A program made the position numbers and the translations under genes. A stretch of 63,810 nt of DNA, filler included. It is 7 parts of 7 records of this genome, joined end to end, with 100 filler letters (N's around TTAATTAATTAA, not from the genome) between each part and the next. Parts side by side here need not be neighbours in the genome. Positions count along the whole stretch, not along the records: positions 15,347 to 24,052 come from DRR723986_22401; positions 24,153 to 31,314 come from DRR723986_22421; 5 more parts are not named here. One strand, 5' to 3'. The notes beneath the pieces were generated by a model. The model ran no database searches and had not been told where the DNA came from. It saw only the letters and a program-made list of their open reading frames with translations. Below are positions 17,133-27,419 of this stretch, piece after piece; the stretch's first letter is position 1, and each line of letters begins with the position of its first letter.

Positions 17133-19733
17133 TTATTCCTGATTCTGGTCGCTCAACACAACGATCCGACAAAGTTCACCCACGACGGAGAAATACAGTC
17201 GTGTGTACGATTCGAGAACGCCCTGTCCAGCGTTGAGCATTTCACCCAAGTCGTCTTGGTGCTCCGGCATGATTTCGTACAAGTACCTTGCGATCGTCAT
17301 GTCCTTCTCAGCATGGTCTAGCGGGTAAGGCGCCGACTTGAAGTGCTTTCGAATGCGGCTGGCGGCGGCATAAACGGCCGCGCCCTTATCGTTCAACATC
17401 GAAATCTGCCGCTCATCTACGTTGGAAGCGTCAACGGCAGCAAAGAAAAATGCCAACTGGGTGAACTCATTTCGAAGTCGTGTGACATCGCCGAGAATCT
17501 GTTGGATCGCAGGATAGGCCTGCAAAATCCGTTTGCCAGATTGCAGCAGACTGATCGATTCGGCATCTCCCCGCTGGGCCGCGCGATGGACCTTGATGAA
17601 GGCAGCTGAGACGCGATTGGCGAACCTAGCTTCAAAGCTCTCCATTCTGCTTGATATCTCTTGTAACTGGGCTCGACAAGATTCTTGCTTCTTTCGTGAT
17701 GCAGCCGCGCTTGAAACCGGGACGTCTTCAAAGTCCTTTTCCTTGAGCTTAATGCCCAGGTCCAGGAGAAACGCCAGGCTGCCACACTTGATCCACTTTG
17801 AGTCGACTTCGTCGAGTTGCTTGCTTGCTGCCGTGTATTCCTTTACGTCGGATTCCATCGAGACTTTCATTTCACGAGCCACCGTATCGGGAGACTCAAC
17901 TTTTTGAAAGGCGATTGGAATCGGCCGCAACAGATTAAACTCGGCGCCGAAGACCTTCTTCAATGCGTCTCGCCCGTCCTGAGCTACTTGCTTGTGAGAA
18001 AGGATGTGTTCGTTGGGAACGATCTTGGCTTTCTTCAAGTCATATTTGCCGACGACTTGCTCGAACAAATCCCGCGTCGTCGCGGCGCACAACTTGTCAT
18101 AGTGATCAAACAGCACACTCGCGGGAGCTTCTAAGTGGAAGACTCCCTTGTCATTGGCCTTGTGCGCCTGAGCAATTCTGTCTTTGTCAGCAGGGTGAGT
18201 CGCCAACCAGTGAGTTTTCTCGTGAGCGACCTCGCTGAGAATCTTCTTCACGGTATCGTCATCCTGTAGGTCGCGATTCGCTCGCACCAATTCTGGCATG
18301 TCTTGAGCCAACTGCCCTTTGACGAAGAACTCTTGTTGGTCGGCATAGGACTGCTGCATTGCAAGCCCCAGTCGCCGAAGCTGGGCGGCCGTCTTTTCGA
18401 AAGTCTCTGAACCTGAGAATCGGATCTCGTGCATGTCGGCATCGTATTCCATCTGCCGAAGGAGGGTACACGACACGGCGTTACCGATCATCATCTGCAC
18501 CCAGAGAATTCTACGTGAGATCCAGACGGCAAGCCGGGCGAGGTAGAGGACGATGCCGATACGGATATCGAGACTCTGCGATAAATTCGCTAGCCATTCG
18601 TCCCAACGGTCGCGTTCGTAAACAACTCTGGCAAACCAAAAGCTAATCGAGCGGATCAAGTAGCTGAGCCGCATTCCAAAGCCCTGGCTGAAGTGACCGA
18701 ACTCGTGCGCGAGGACGCCTGCCAACTGACGAGCACTGAGCCCTGCGACAAGCGGCATTCCGATGGTGAGCACCAAGTCGTTCGACATAAACACACTCAA
18801 CATCCCGCGCCCGTAAGATGCAGACGCGTTGACGTCGCAGTCGATTTCGATTCGCTTCGGTTTGGGTGCATGCACCGCTTCGCACAGAGCATCAATGAAC
18901 TCAAAGAGCCTGGGCTCTGTCTCGCGAGGAATGCGTCGCTGGCTGGCACGTTTGGCAGGGCGAGCAAACAGTGGTTTGATCATAAACAGCACCGTCACCG
19001 CCCCGATTACCAGCGGCCCGACGTACAGCAGTAGGATCCCAAATCCCTGTCCACGACTGGTGCGTCCACTTCCGACTGAATCGAAGATTGCGGTTCCTTC
19101 GGTTGCGTACCGGTACAATCCAAAGGCGACCAGGCATATCAATCCGATGTAGACGAGTGGAAGCAGGACCATAACAAGTGCGACGAACGCCACCGTGAGC
19201 CGGTAGGACATCGAAGTAGGCACCGGTTTGATTTGGCCCTTGATTTCCGAAATCAACTCTCCTGTTGACAAGGTTCGCTGGGGCGGCTTGACTGGTCGCC
19301 CAGGTGCGATCGACTGCTTCCCCACTACGGTTGCCGCGGGCTTGATTCCTTGCGCCGGCGATCCCGTAATGGCGGCCATTACCGGTTCTGCACCTGTTGC
19401 CACCTTTGCACCCGCGACTTGCTTCACACTGGGGGCCACTTCGTTTAATTGAGCCTCAAGGGCATCCGTAAACGCTTGAGGTGCGTTGTTCTGCGGAGTC
19501 GTGTCCGCAACGGTGGGAACCTCCGTCAGGGTTGGTTGAGCTGTCTTCGGTTGCTTGACTGCTACAGCCTTGACCATATCCGCACCGCCGCTTGCTTCGG
19601 TGACATCTTCTGGCGGCGATGGGACTCTAATCTCCTCCCCGCACTGTTTGCACTTCGCTTTTTTACCCGCTAGCTTTGGTGCGACGGAGTATCTCTTCTG
19701 GCATGACGGGCAGGAGAAGTTTATTTTCATCAA
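17133..19733 (-). CDS. M48 (HtpX/Ste24-like) membrane metalloprotease with N-terminal zinc ribbon
   Basis: CPSC...CKQC ribbon, Pro/Ala linker, two TM helices, HEFGH, EYDAD, THP..DRI. Confidence 0.88.
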   Translation of the reverse strand: MMKINFSCPSCQKRYSVAPKLAGKKAKCKQCGEEIRVPSPPEDVTEASGGADMVKAVAVKQPKTAQPTLTEVPTVADTTPQNNAPQAFTDALEAQLNEVAPSVKQVAGAKVATGAEPVMAAITGSPAQGIKPAATVVGKQSIAPGRPVKPPQRTLSTGELISEIKGQIKPVPTSMSYRLTVAFVALVMVLLPLVYIGLICLVAFGLYRYATEGTAIFDSVGSGRTSRGQGFGILLLYVGPLVIGAVTVLFMIKPLFARPAKRASQRRIPRETEPRLFEFIDALCEAVHAPKPKRIEIDCDVNASASYGRGMLSVFMSNDLVLTIGMPLVAGLSARQLAGVLAHEFGHFSQGFGMRLSYLIRSISFWFARVVYERDRWDEWLANLSQSLDIRIGIVLYLARLAVWISRRILWVQMMIGNAVSCTLLRQMEYDADMHEIRFSGSETFEKTAAQLRRLGLAMQQSYADQQEFFVKGQLAQDMPELVRANRDLQDDDTVKKILSEVAHEKTHWLATHPADKDRIAQAHKANDKGVFHLEAPASVLFDHYDKLCAATTRDLFEQVVGKYDLKKAKIVPNEHILSHKQVAQDGRDALKKVFGAEFNLLRPIPIAFQKVESPDTVAREMKVSMESDVKEYTAASKQLDEVDSKWIKCGSLAFLLDLGIKLKEKDFEDVPVSSAAASRKKQESCRAQLQEISSRMESFEARFANRVSAAFIKVHRAAQRGDAESISLLQSGKRILQAYPAIQQILGDVTRLRNEFTQLAFFFAAVDASNVDERQISMLNDKGAAVYAAASRIRKHFKSAPYPLDHAEKDMTIARYLYEIMPEHQDDLGEMLNAGQGVLESYTRLYFSVVGELCRIVVLSDQNQE

Positions 19734-19901
19734 AATGCTCTCAGCCGACTTTCAATTCGACTTCATCGATTCACTACTGTTAAAGTGTTTCAGTGTGCCA
19801 TACTAACAACAGCTCACGTCCCATGTTGTGGAAAGTTGTAGCCGTTCGCCAACTTTTCGCTTACCAATGCTTTTGGGGGGAATGCCTTAGTGGGACTACG
19901 G

Positions 19902-20012
19902 GGCACGAGTCGGCACGAGTCCCAGAGCTCAGATGTCGAGGGCGCAGATTTATAGAGTCACAGATTTGTAGAGTCACAAATTACCAGAGCTAGGATTTAT
20001 CGAGCCACAGAC
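19902..20012. repeat. Degenerate 15-16 bp direct-repeat array plus 10-bp doublet
   Basis: GGCACGAGTC twice (19902-19921); six units approximating AGAGYCACAGATTTRT starting at 19924, 19939, 19954, 19970, 19986 and 20001. Confidence 0.65.
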
Positions 20013-20097
20013 AGTCAGTGCAAGCGTTTGTAAATCTCTCGCCGCAACCGGATGAGCGTGAAACTTGACTACGACTCGAGAATTTGAGAACTCGACA

Positions 20098-20580
20098 ATG
20101 AACCCTTACCGAGCAGTAGACCTGGAGAAGCCACCGGAGGACCTTGCTTCGAAGTGCTGGCCGGTTAGGCTCCGATGTGCGTTCTGCATATTTGGGCTCT
20201 TCGAGATTCTCCCGACTGTTGTGGCACTTTCTGGCGGGAACGGTATGAATTTGCAACTCTACCTGGACACGACGGTCATCCTGTTATCGTTGGTCCTCCT
20301 TTCGCTGGGGTTGTCTATCTCAGTCCTACGCGACCGGTCGATGAACAAGACCGCGCGGGGGTTTGCAGCGTTGCATCTAATCGTGGTGCTGCATTCTTTT
20401 GTCACCAAATTTGCAATTGCCTTTCACGGATTGATGCAGTTGCCCGAATTGGGATCTTTGGTGGATGTGCCGATGCGGCGCTCGACCTGGCGGCCCGATT
20501 TCCGCCGCGACTTTTTTTGGCGGCGTGGCACATGGGCGGCGCTATCGGCTACAATCAACGGACCTCGTCAAACCAAATAG
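20098..20580 (+). CDS. Hypothetical membrane protein
   Basis: Starts MNPY (common planctomycete N-terminal motif); three hydrophobic segments; C-terminus looks atypical. Confidence 0.5.
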   Translation: MNPYRAVDLEKPPEDLASKCWPVRLRCAFCIFGLFEILPTVVALSGGNGMNLQLYLDTTVILLSLVLLSLGLSISVLRDRSMNKTARGFAALHLIVVLHSFVTKFAIAFHGLMQLPELGSLVDVPMRRSTWRPDFRRDFFWRRGTWAALSATINGPRQTK

Positions 20581-20727
20581 ATTGCTCGAAATAACTTGGC
20601 TGAGTAGAAACCGCGAAATCTAGCAAGGACTGTTCGCGGAGATTCTGCGATGCGACGTGCCATTGATGCTCGTTGTCGCGGCAAAGTTGTTGAGAGTATC
20701 CGATTCCTTTTCAGATTCGTGTCGCTG

Positions 20728-22005
20728 ATGGCAAGTTATGTAGTGCGTTGCGGAGCAATGCGAACTCTCCATATCATGGGGGCGAAGGCGAATTATGCGC
20801 GAGGCATGCGCGTCATCGCTCGAACACCACGCGGCCTTGAGCTGGGTGAAGTGCTGTCGCAAGCCGACTCAAGTACATACTCCTACGTTGACGGCGCACC
20901 GGGAGGAACCATTCAGCGTGAAGTCAACGAGGCCGATGAAGTCGAACTCGCGCACTTGGCATCCAAGGCTGACGCTGAGGCGGAGAGTTGCATACGCATC
21001 ATCCGGGAACTTGACCTTCCCATGGACTTGGTCGATATCGAACGAGTTTTCGGTGGCGAGCGCATCGTCGTCTACTACTTGTCCGAGAGTCGTGTTGATT
21101 TTCGCGAGCTCGTCAAAAGGCTGGCTCACGAATTCCAGACACGGGTCGAAATGCGGCAAATCGGTGTCCGCGACGAAGCAAAATTGTTGGCCGACTACGG
21201 CGACTGCGGCAAGCCGGTTTGTTGCAATACGCACTTGTTGAAAATGCCGCCAGTGTCTATGAAGATGGCAAAGCTTCAGAAGGCAACTCTGGATCCGAAC
21301 AAAATATCCGGTCGATGTGGTCGACTAAAGTGCTGCCTGCGTTACGAATACGATACTTACGAAGACAATCGCAAGAGCCTACCGAGAATCGGCTCCGAAT
21401 TGGTTACCGCTCAGGGAAGATGCCGCGTCATTGGTCATGAACTTTTGACAGCTCAGTTGCTCGTTCGCATGGAAGATAATCGCCGAGTCATGATTCATAG
21501 CGACGAAGTCCTGACGGTTCTGAAGAAGGGCCAAGGGGCGGACGGTCGTCATGGACGCGATCATCAGCACAGTAGCGATGAAGACCTTGCACGCAGGGAT
21601 GCACCCGAGCGGGCTGACGGCGACTCATCACCCGCTGGCGAGAACGATCCTTCCCGCGAGCAGGCAAAGGGCCGCTCAAGTGGCGACCGCAGGCGAGGCC
21701 AAGACAGTAAGAGGAAACAACCCAGGCGTGAATCGACAAGTGAGCGCTATCCGCAAGTAGATCCAGACTCAGTAGCCACCGCGAAGCCGAAGGGCCAGGA
21801 CACCTCGGCCACAGGATCGGACACACCCGGCCAAGCAGACTCGACTGAAGTTGCCGCTGGAAGCGGAGCTGGTTCGCCTGCCAATAAGAAACGTCGTCGG
21901 CCGGAAAGGCGTCGAAATCGAGGTCCTAAATCAGCCGGCGGAAACGAATCCAAGGGCAAACCAGACGACTCTGGGAATACTCCCGGTGATCGAGAATCGA
22001 ATTAA
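20728..22005 (+). CDS. PSP1-domain protein (RicT/YaaT family) with disordered C-terminal tail
   Basis: RVDFRELVK, EMRQIGVRDEAK, GDCGKPVCC, KISGRCGRLKCCLRYE; start at ATG 20728 preferred. Confidence 0.9.
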   Translation: MASYVVRCGAMRTLHIMGAKANYARGMRVIARTPRGLELGEVLSQADSSTYSYVDGAPGGTIQREVNEADEVELAHLASKADAEAESCIRIIRELDLPMDLVDIERVFGGERIVVYYLSESRVDFRELVKRLAHEFQTRVEMRQIGVRDEAKLLADYGDCGKPVCCNTHLLKMPPVSMKMAKLQKATLDPNKISGRCGRLKCCLRYEYDTYEDNRKSLPRIGSELVTAQGRCRVIGHELLTAQLLVRMEDNRRVMIHSDEVLTVLKKGQGADGRHGRDHQHSSDEDLARRDAPERADGDSSPAGENDPSREQAKGRSSGDRRRGQDSKRKQPRRESTSERYPQVDPDSVATAKPKGQDTSATGSDTPGQADSTEVAAGSGAGSPANKKRRRPERRRNRGPKSAGGNESKGKPDDSGNTPGDRESN

Positions 22006-22027
22006 CAATTCAGCGCGTGAAACTCCT

Positions 22028-23441
<1,414 letters not shown>

Positions 23442-23555
23442 GTTCACGCAGACCCACATGTTCCACCTGAACCATACAAGCAGCTTTGCCGAGTCGACGC
23501 AATCAGCACCAACCAATAATGAAACATACCTATTTATCAAACAGGCGATAAACTA

Positions 23556-23574
23556 ATGTTGGCCGACGCAGAGC
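23556..23574 (+). repeat. Left inverted repeat flanking the small ORF
   Basis: ATGTTGGCCGACGCAGAGC matches the reverse complement of 23920-23938 at 17 of 19 positions; first 14 bp perfect. Confidence 0.85.
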
Positions 23575-23581
23575 GCTTTCA

Positions 23582-23920
23582 ATGCCCAGCATAGAACCTG
23601 TTGATCTCGGATTCTCCACTGCAGACGCCGATCACCCTTCGATGACGTATGACGCCGGCAACCTCGTGCTGATGTTCCGCGACTGGCAGGAACGGCGGGT
23701 TTGCTGCGTCTTTCGCGATGTGTCGCGTTTTGAGTGGACCGACGAACCAGACGATTACTTTGATGGCGAACCGTACGATGGCTCTTGTGTCGTTCTCCAC
23801 TCTGGGTGGACGCCGCAACATTCTCGTTCCGCCAGCAAACACTATCGTCTGAACTTCAACGCGTGTGGTGGCCGACTGGAAATCGCCTGCGAGTCAATCG
23901 TAATAGAAGATCGTCCGTAG
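23582..23920 (+). CDS. Hypothetical 112-aa protein
   Basis: Compact ORF with globular composition (DLGFSTADA, HYRLNFNACGGRLEI). Confidence 0.7.
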   Translation: MPSIEPVDLGFSTADADHPSMTYDAGNLVLMFRDWQERRVCCVFRDVSRFEWTDEPDDYFDGEPYDGSCVVLHSGWTPQHSRSASKHYRLNFNACGGRLEIACESIVIEDRP

Positions 23921-23938
23921 TTCAGCGTCGGCCAACAT
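23920..23938 (-). repeat. Right inverted repeat
   Basis: GTTCAGCGTCGGCCAACAT, starting at the last base of the stop codon. Confidence 0.85.
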
Positions 23939-24052
23939 GGTTTTTGCGCTGAGGCCCTTCGGGCACACCTTCGCTCTTTGGCAGCGGGCGTTGGCCTAGT
24001 TACAATCTCTCGTAGCTCAGGTATCGTTCGCTTCGTTTAGGGCGGTGTCGTA

Positions 24053-24152
24053 NNNNNNNNNNNNNNNNNNNNNNNNNNNNNNNNNNNNNNNNNNNNTTAA
24101 TTAATTAANNNNNNNNNNNNNNNNNNNNNNNNNNNNNNNNNNNNNNNNNNNN
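24053..24152. other. Artificial contig spacer
   Basis: N44-TTAATTAATTAA-N44. Confidence 0.98.
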
Positions 24153-24164
24153 GCGGCCCCACCA
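24153..24164 (+). tRNA. Possible tRNA 3' end fragment
   Basis: Contig begins GCGGCCCCACCA (acceptor-strand-like plus CCA); only 12 nt visible. Confidence 0.3.
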
Positions 24165-24255
24165 CGAGAGACTGCGCGGTTCAAAAGATTTGCAAAGGAA
24201 GGGTCCATATACACGGTTTGACGCGCAGGGCAAGGCCGCCGCGCGTCAAATCAGG

Positions 24256-25656
24256 TTAGCCTCGCGCAGCTGCAAAAAGCCCATAGCGCAGGTTCAGGCG
24301 GCGGGCGGTCTGGGACAGCACCACAAGGGTCAGCATCGCCATCAGAACCTCGGACACCGGACCGGCAATCCAGATCCCCAATTCGCCCATGAACAGGGGC
24401 AAGGCAAAGGTCAGTGGCAGTGCAAAGGCATAGGGTTTGGTCAGCCCAAGCACCGCCGCCCGTGTCGCATCCCCCAGCGCCTGAAAGTAGGAGGCAATCA
24501 CGATCATTGGCCCTGCCAGCCAGAACATCACAGTGGTGACCTGCAAGATCCATTCAAACGCCTCGATCACCGCAGGATCGGCCACAAAGAGCCGCGCAAT
24601 CGGCTGTGCCAAGGCGACAAAGACCACCTGACACCCAAGGCAATAGAGGAATGCGATCCAGATCCCGATCCGCAAGCTGCGGTCCGAACGGTCCAGCGCC
24701 CGCGCGCCGTAGTTGTTTCCGACAATGGTTTGCAGCGCATGGGTCAGCCCCAGAAGCGGCAAAAAGGCAAAGGTCATCACGCGGGTGATGATGCCATAGG
24801 CAGACACGGTGGCGGCATATTGCGGCGCGTTCACCATTTGCAGCGCCAGCAGAATCGCGGTTGATCCCAGGGCCACGCCAATGAAGTTCAGGCTTTGCGG
24901 CGCACCAAGGGCGAGAATGCGGCCCCAATCACTGGTCAACGGGGCCTGCAAAAGGGTTTTGGGGGTCAGCAGGGTTTTGCCCGACATCCGAAACCCGATC
25001 ACGATCAGGATCGTCACCAGCTGCGCCAGCGCCGTGCCATAGGCCGATCCGGCCACGCCCATATCCAGCAGTGCGATCAGGACATAATTGAAAGCGATGT
25101 TGAGCAGAGACACTGACAAGCTGAGCGCGGCCATAACACCGACATGCCCCTCGTTGCGCAGCGCATCGGAATTGACGCTCAGCACAAAAAGCAGCGGCGA
25201 CATGATCATGGTGATCGCCAGATAGGTCTGGGCCATGTCGGCCAAGGTGGCAGAGCCGGCCGCAAGGAACCGCGCAACCGCAGGGCCAAACGCCAGATAG
25301 GTTAGCACCAGCAGAACGCCGACAAAGAGCGCAAGACCATGCGCACCGGCAAACACCGCACGCGCCGCGTCATGTTCGCCCGCGCCAAGGTGGCGGGCCA
25401 GTTTGCTGGACATGCCGTTGCTGACCAAGGTCGCCAGCGCCACGATAAGCATGAACAACGGAAAGATCAGGGTCACAGCGCCAAGCGCTTCGGCCCCGAC
25501 ATAGCGACCCAGAAAGATCGCATCGACCACCGTCAGCAGACCGTTCATCGACATCACAAAGATGATCGGCAGGGCGGTCTTGGCAAAGATCGGGCCAAGC
25601 GGCCCATGGGTGAAAGGATTTTGCGGAGAAGGATCCACAGAAGAATTAGGGGACAT
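24256..25656 (-). CDS. MATE family efflux transporter
   Basis: About 12 TM helices; VDAIFLGRYVG, LRNEG, GVAGSAYGTALAQ, IVGNNYGA; start MSPNS at 25656. Confidence 0.92.
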   Translation of the reverse strand: MSPNSSVDPSPQNPFTHGPLGPIFAKTALPIIFVMSMNGLLTVVDAIFLGRYVGAEALGAVTLIFPLFMLIVALATLVSNGMSSKLARHLGAGEHDAARAVFAGAHGLALFVGVLLVLTYLAFGPAVARFLAAGSATLADMAQTYLAITMIMSPLLFVLSVNSDALRNEGHVGVMAALSLSVSLLNIAFNYVLIALLDMGVAGSAYGTALAQLVTILIVIGFRMSGKTLLTPKTLLQAPLTSDWGRILALGAPQSLNFIGVALGSTAILLALQMVNAPQYAATVSAYGIITRVMTFAFLPLLGLTHALQTIVGNNYGARALDRSDRSLRIGIWIAFLYCLGCQVVFVALAQPIARLFVADPAVIEAFEWILQVTTVMFWLAGPMIVIASYFQALGDATRAAVLGLTKPYAFALPLTFALPLFMGELGIWIAGPVSEVLMAMLTLVVLSQTARRLNLRYGLFAAARG

Positions 25657-25933
25657 GATTGGCCTCACAAACACGTTCCGCATTTTCGAAAGGGGCCCGC
25701 GTTTCCCACCGGCAGAACAGGGTAGGTCCAAGAATCGTTCCGACACTTCACCGGTATTGCGGGCGGCAGGCGGTCGGGCCCTGCCATGGGCTTAGTCGGG
25801 TTTGCGGCAAATAACAATGTCTGTTGCGCCCCGATTTGGGGCATTGCCCTGACAAGGTACGCACATCGCCCAGTTGTCGCCCAATTCTCGGCCACTTCTT
25901 CGCTCATTCCTTAATACAAGATGAACAGCAAGG

Positions 25934-26476
25934 ATGGGTGCAGTGACAGCGACAGCAGACTTTATGGAGGGCGAGGATGCTTCCTTTTTGTCAGAAGACA
26001 AACAAACCTGTGCGATATACGACCGACCAACCGACGAGGCCCGCGTGATGCAACGCTCGGTGCAACGTCTGATGGGCGCGTCATTGATGGTTGCGGCGGT
26101 TGGCCTTTGGGTTTTGCCGGGATCAAGCTGGGATACCGATCTGCTGCTTTTTAAACTGGCACTGTCGTTGACGGGCGGTTTGGCAGGGTTCGGCTTGCTT
26201 TTGGCCAGCAGCACACCCCGCGATCCGCGGGTGGAGATTGACACGATCCGCCGCGAGGTGCGGGTGGTGCGCCCGGCGAAAGGGGTCGGAGACATCATCT
26301 TGCGGCGCTGCTGCTTTGACGATCTGGCCCGCGCCGAACAGGACGGCCCGCGGGTGCGCATGTGGGACCGGAACGACGACTTGCTGGTGGACATCACAAT
26401 GAAGAATCGCGACGCCCTTTTTAGCCTCGTGGGGGGGCTGAAGGACGTCGGGAAACTGGGGCAGAATGCCGGATAA
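25934..26476 (+). CDS. Hypothetical membrane protein (two TM helices plus soluble domain)
   Basis: ORF with AAGG upstream; two hydrophobic helices, then PRVEIDTIRREVRV. Confidence 0.75.
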   Translation: MGAVTATADFMEGEDASFLSEDKQTCAIYDRPTDEARVMQRSVQRLMGASLMVAAVGLWVLPGSSWDTDLLLFKLALSLTGGLAGFGLLLASSTPRDPRVEIDTIRREVRVVRPAKGVGDIILRRCCFDDLARAEQDGPRVRMWDRNDDLLVDITMKNRDALFSLVGGLKDVGKLGQNAG

Positions 26477-26620
26477 CGCTGGGCAAAAGCCCGCAAAAAG
26501 CAGAACGCTTGCGTAACCTGGGCAGAACGCCCGCCAAACCGGTGCAGAACGCCCGGTCAAGACAGGCAGAACGCCTGAAAGGTCAGGGCAGAACGCCCGC
26601 AGCACAGGCAGAATGCCTTG
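26460..26620 (+). repeat. Array of eight mini-hairpins, core GC-AGAAY-GC, mostly 22-nt period; candidate structured RNA
   Basis: Cores begin at 26461, 26483 (AAAA loop variant), 26500, 26522, 26544, 26566, 26588 and 26608; flanks differ but remain complementary. Confidence 0.85.
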
Positions 26621-26632
26621 AGACCACCCAAC

Positions 26633-26665
26633 AACGCCCCGGCAAAAGCCGGGGCGTTTGTTTTT
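26633..26665 (+). terminator. Intrinsic terminator closing the hairpin array
   Basis: AACGCCCCGGC-AAAA-GCCGGGGCGTT followed by TGTTTTT. Confidence 0.85.
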
Positions 26666-26787
26666 GCGCCGCTCATCGCAGCCCAATGTTCATAAATGCG
26701 CAGACCCTGTTCAGCCCTGTTCAATTGCGCTTGCCTATCTGATCCCCATTTTGGCCTGCACAAACGCAAACCAACGGAGCGACCCAA

Positions 26788-27366
26788 ATGAAAAACGCAA
26801 TTCTTGCCTCGGCCCTTGGCCTGACCACCGTGCTGGCCGGACCAGCCTTTGCCGCAGAGAAATATGTGCTGGATGCCAGCCACAGCCAGATCCTGTTTGA
26901 GTACAACCACCTTGGTTTTTCCACGACCTATGGCATGTTCTCCGGCTTTGAAGGCGAGATCATGTTTGACGAGGCCGCACCGGAGGCGTCTTCTGTTACG
27001 GTCTCGATGCCTGTGATGTCGATGTTCACCGGCTGGGAAGAGCGCCACGCGCATTTCATGTCGCCTGATTTCTTTGCGGCAGGGGACGACGAAATGGTCA
27101 GCTTTGCCTCAACCGGAATCGAAGTGACGGGTGAGGATACCGCGCTGATCACGGGCGATCTGACGCTAAATGATGTGACCAAATCGGTGGTTCTGGATGC
27201 CAAGCTGAACCAGAAGGGCGATCACCCGATGGCGGGCAAGCCCTGGATGGGCTTTGATGCCACCACAACTTTGGTGCGTTCGGATTACAACCTTGGCAAA
27301 TTTGCACCGTTTGTCAGCGACGAAGTGCAGGTGAAGATCTCTATCGAGGCGATGAAAGCCGATTAA
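26788..27366 (+). CDS. YceI family periplasmic protein
   Basis: Signal peptide; YVLDASHS, HLGFS, GDLTL..VTK.V.L, RSDYNLG, V.ISIEA. Confidence 0.92.
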   Translation: MKNAILASALGLTTVLAGPAFAAEKYVLDASHSQILFEYNHLGFSTTYGMFSGFEGEIMFDEAAPEASSVTVSMPVMSMFTGWEERHAHFMSPDFFAAGDDEMVSFASTGIEVTGEDTALITGDLTLNDVTKSVVLDAKLNQKGDHPMAGKPWMGFDATTTLVRSDYNLGKFAPFVSDEVQVKISIEAMKAD

Positions 27367-27387
27367 GCCTTCACTCCGAGACTGAAC

Positions 27388-27418
27388 AAAGGCCGCCGGG
27401 CATCTCCGGCGGCCTTTT
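27388..27418. terminator. Bidirectional terminator
   Basis: AAAGGCCGCCGG-6 nt-CCGGCGGCCTTTT between convergent genes. Confidence 0.85.
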
Positions 27419-27419
27419 G

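Noticed and set aside
15375-19923. 10-bp inverted match GGGACTCGTG (15375) and CACGAGTCCC (19914)
   Set aside because: Too short over 4.5 kb to exceed chance; no transposase between them.
23978-24052. TTGGCA-N17-TACAAT promoter-like site followed by GGCGGTGTCGTA at the contig end, possibly a tRNA 5' end
   Set aside because: Only about 12 nt are visible, too few to identify an RNA gene.
26460-26620. CRISPR interpretation of the 22-nt periodic array
   Set aside because: The repeat core (about 10 nt) and linkers (about 10 nt) are far too short, and no cas genes are present; kept as a hairpin array.
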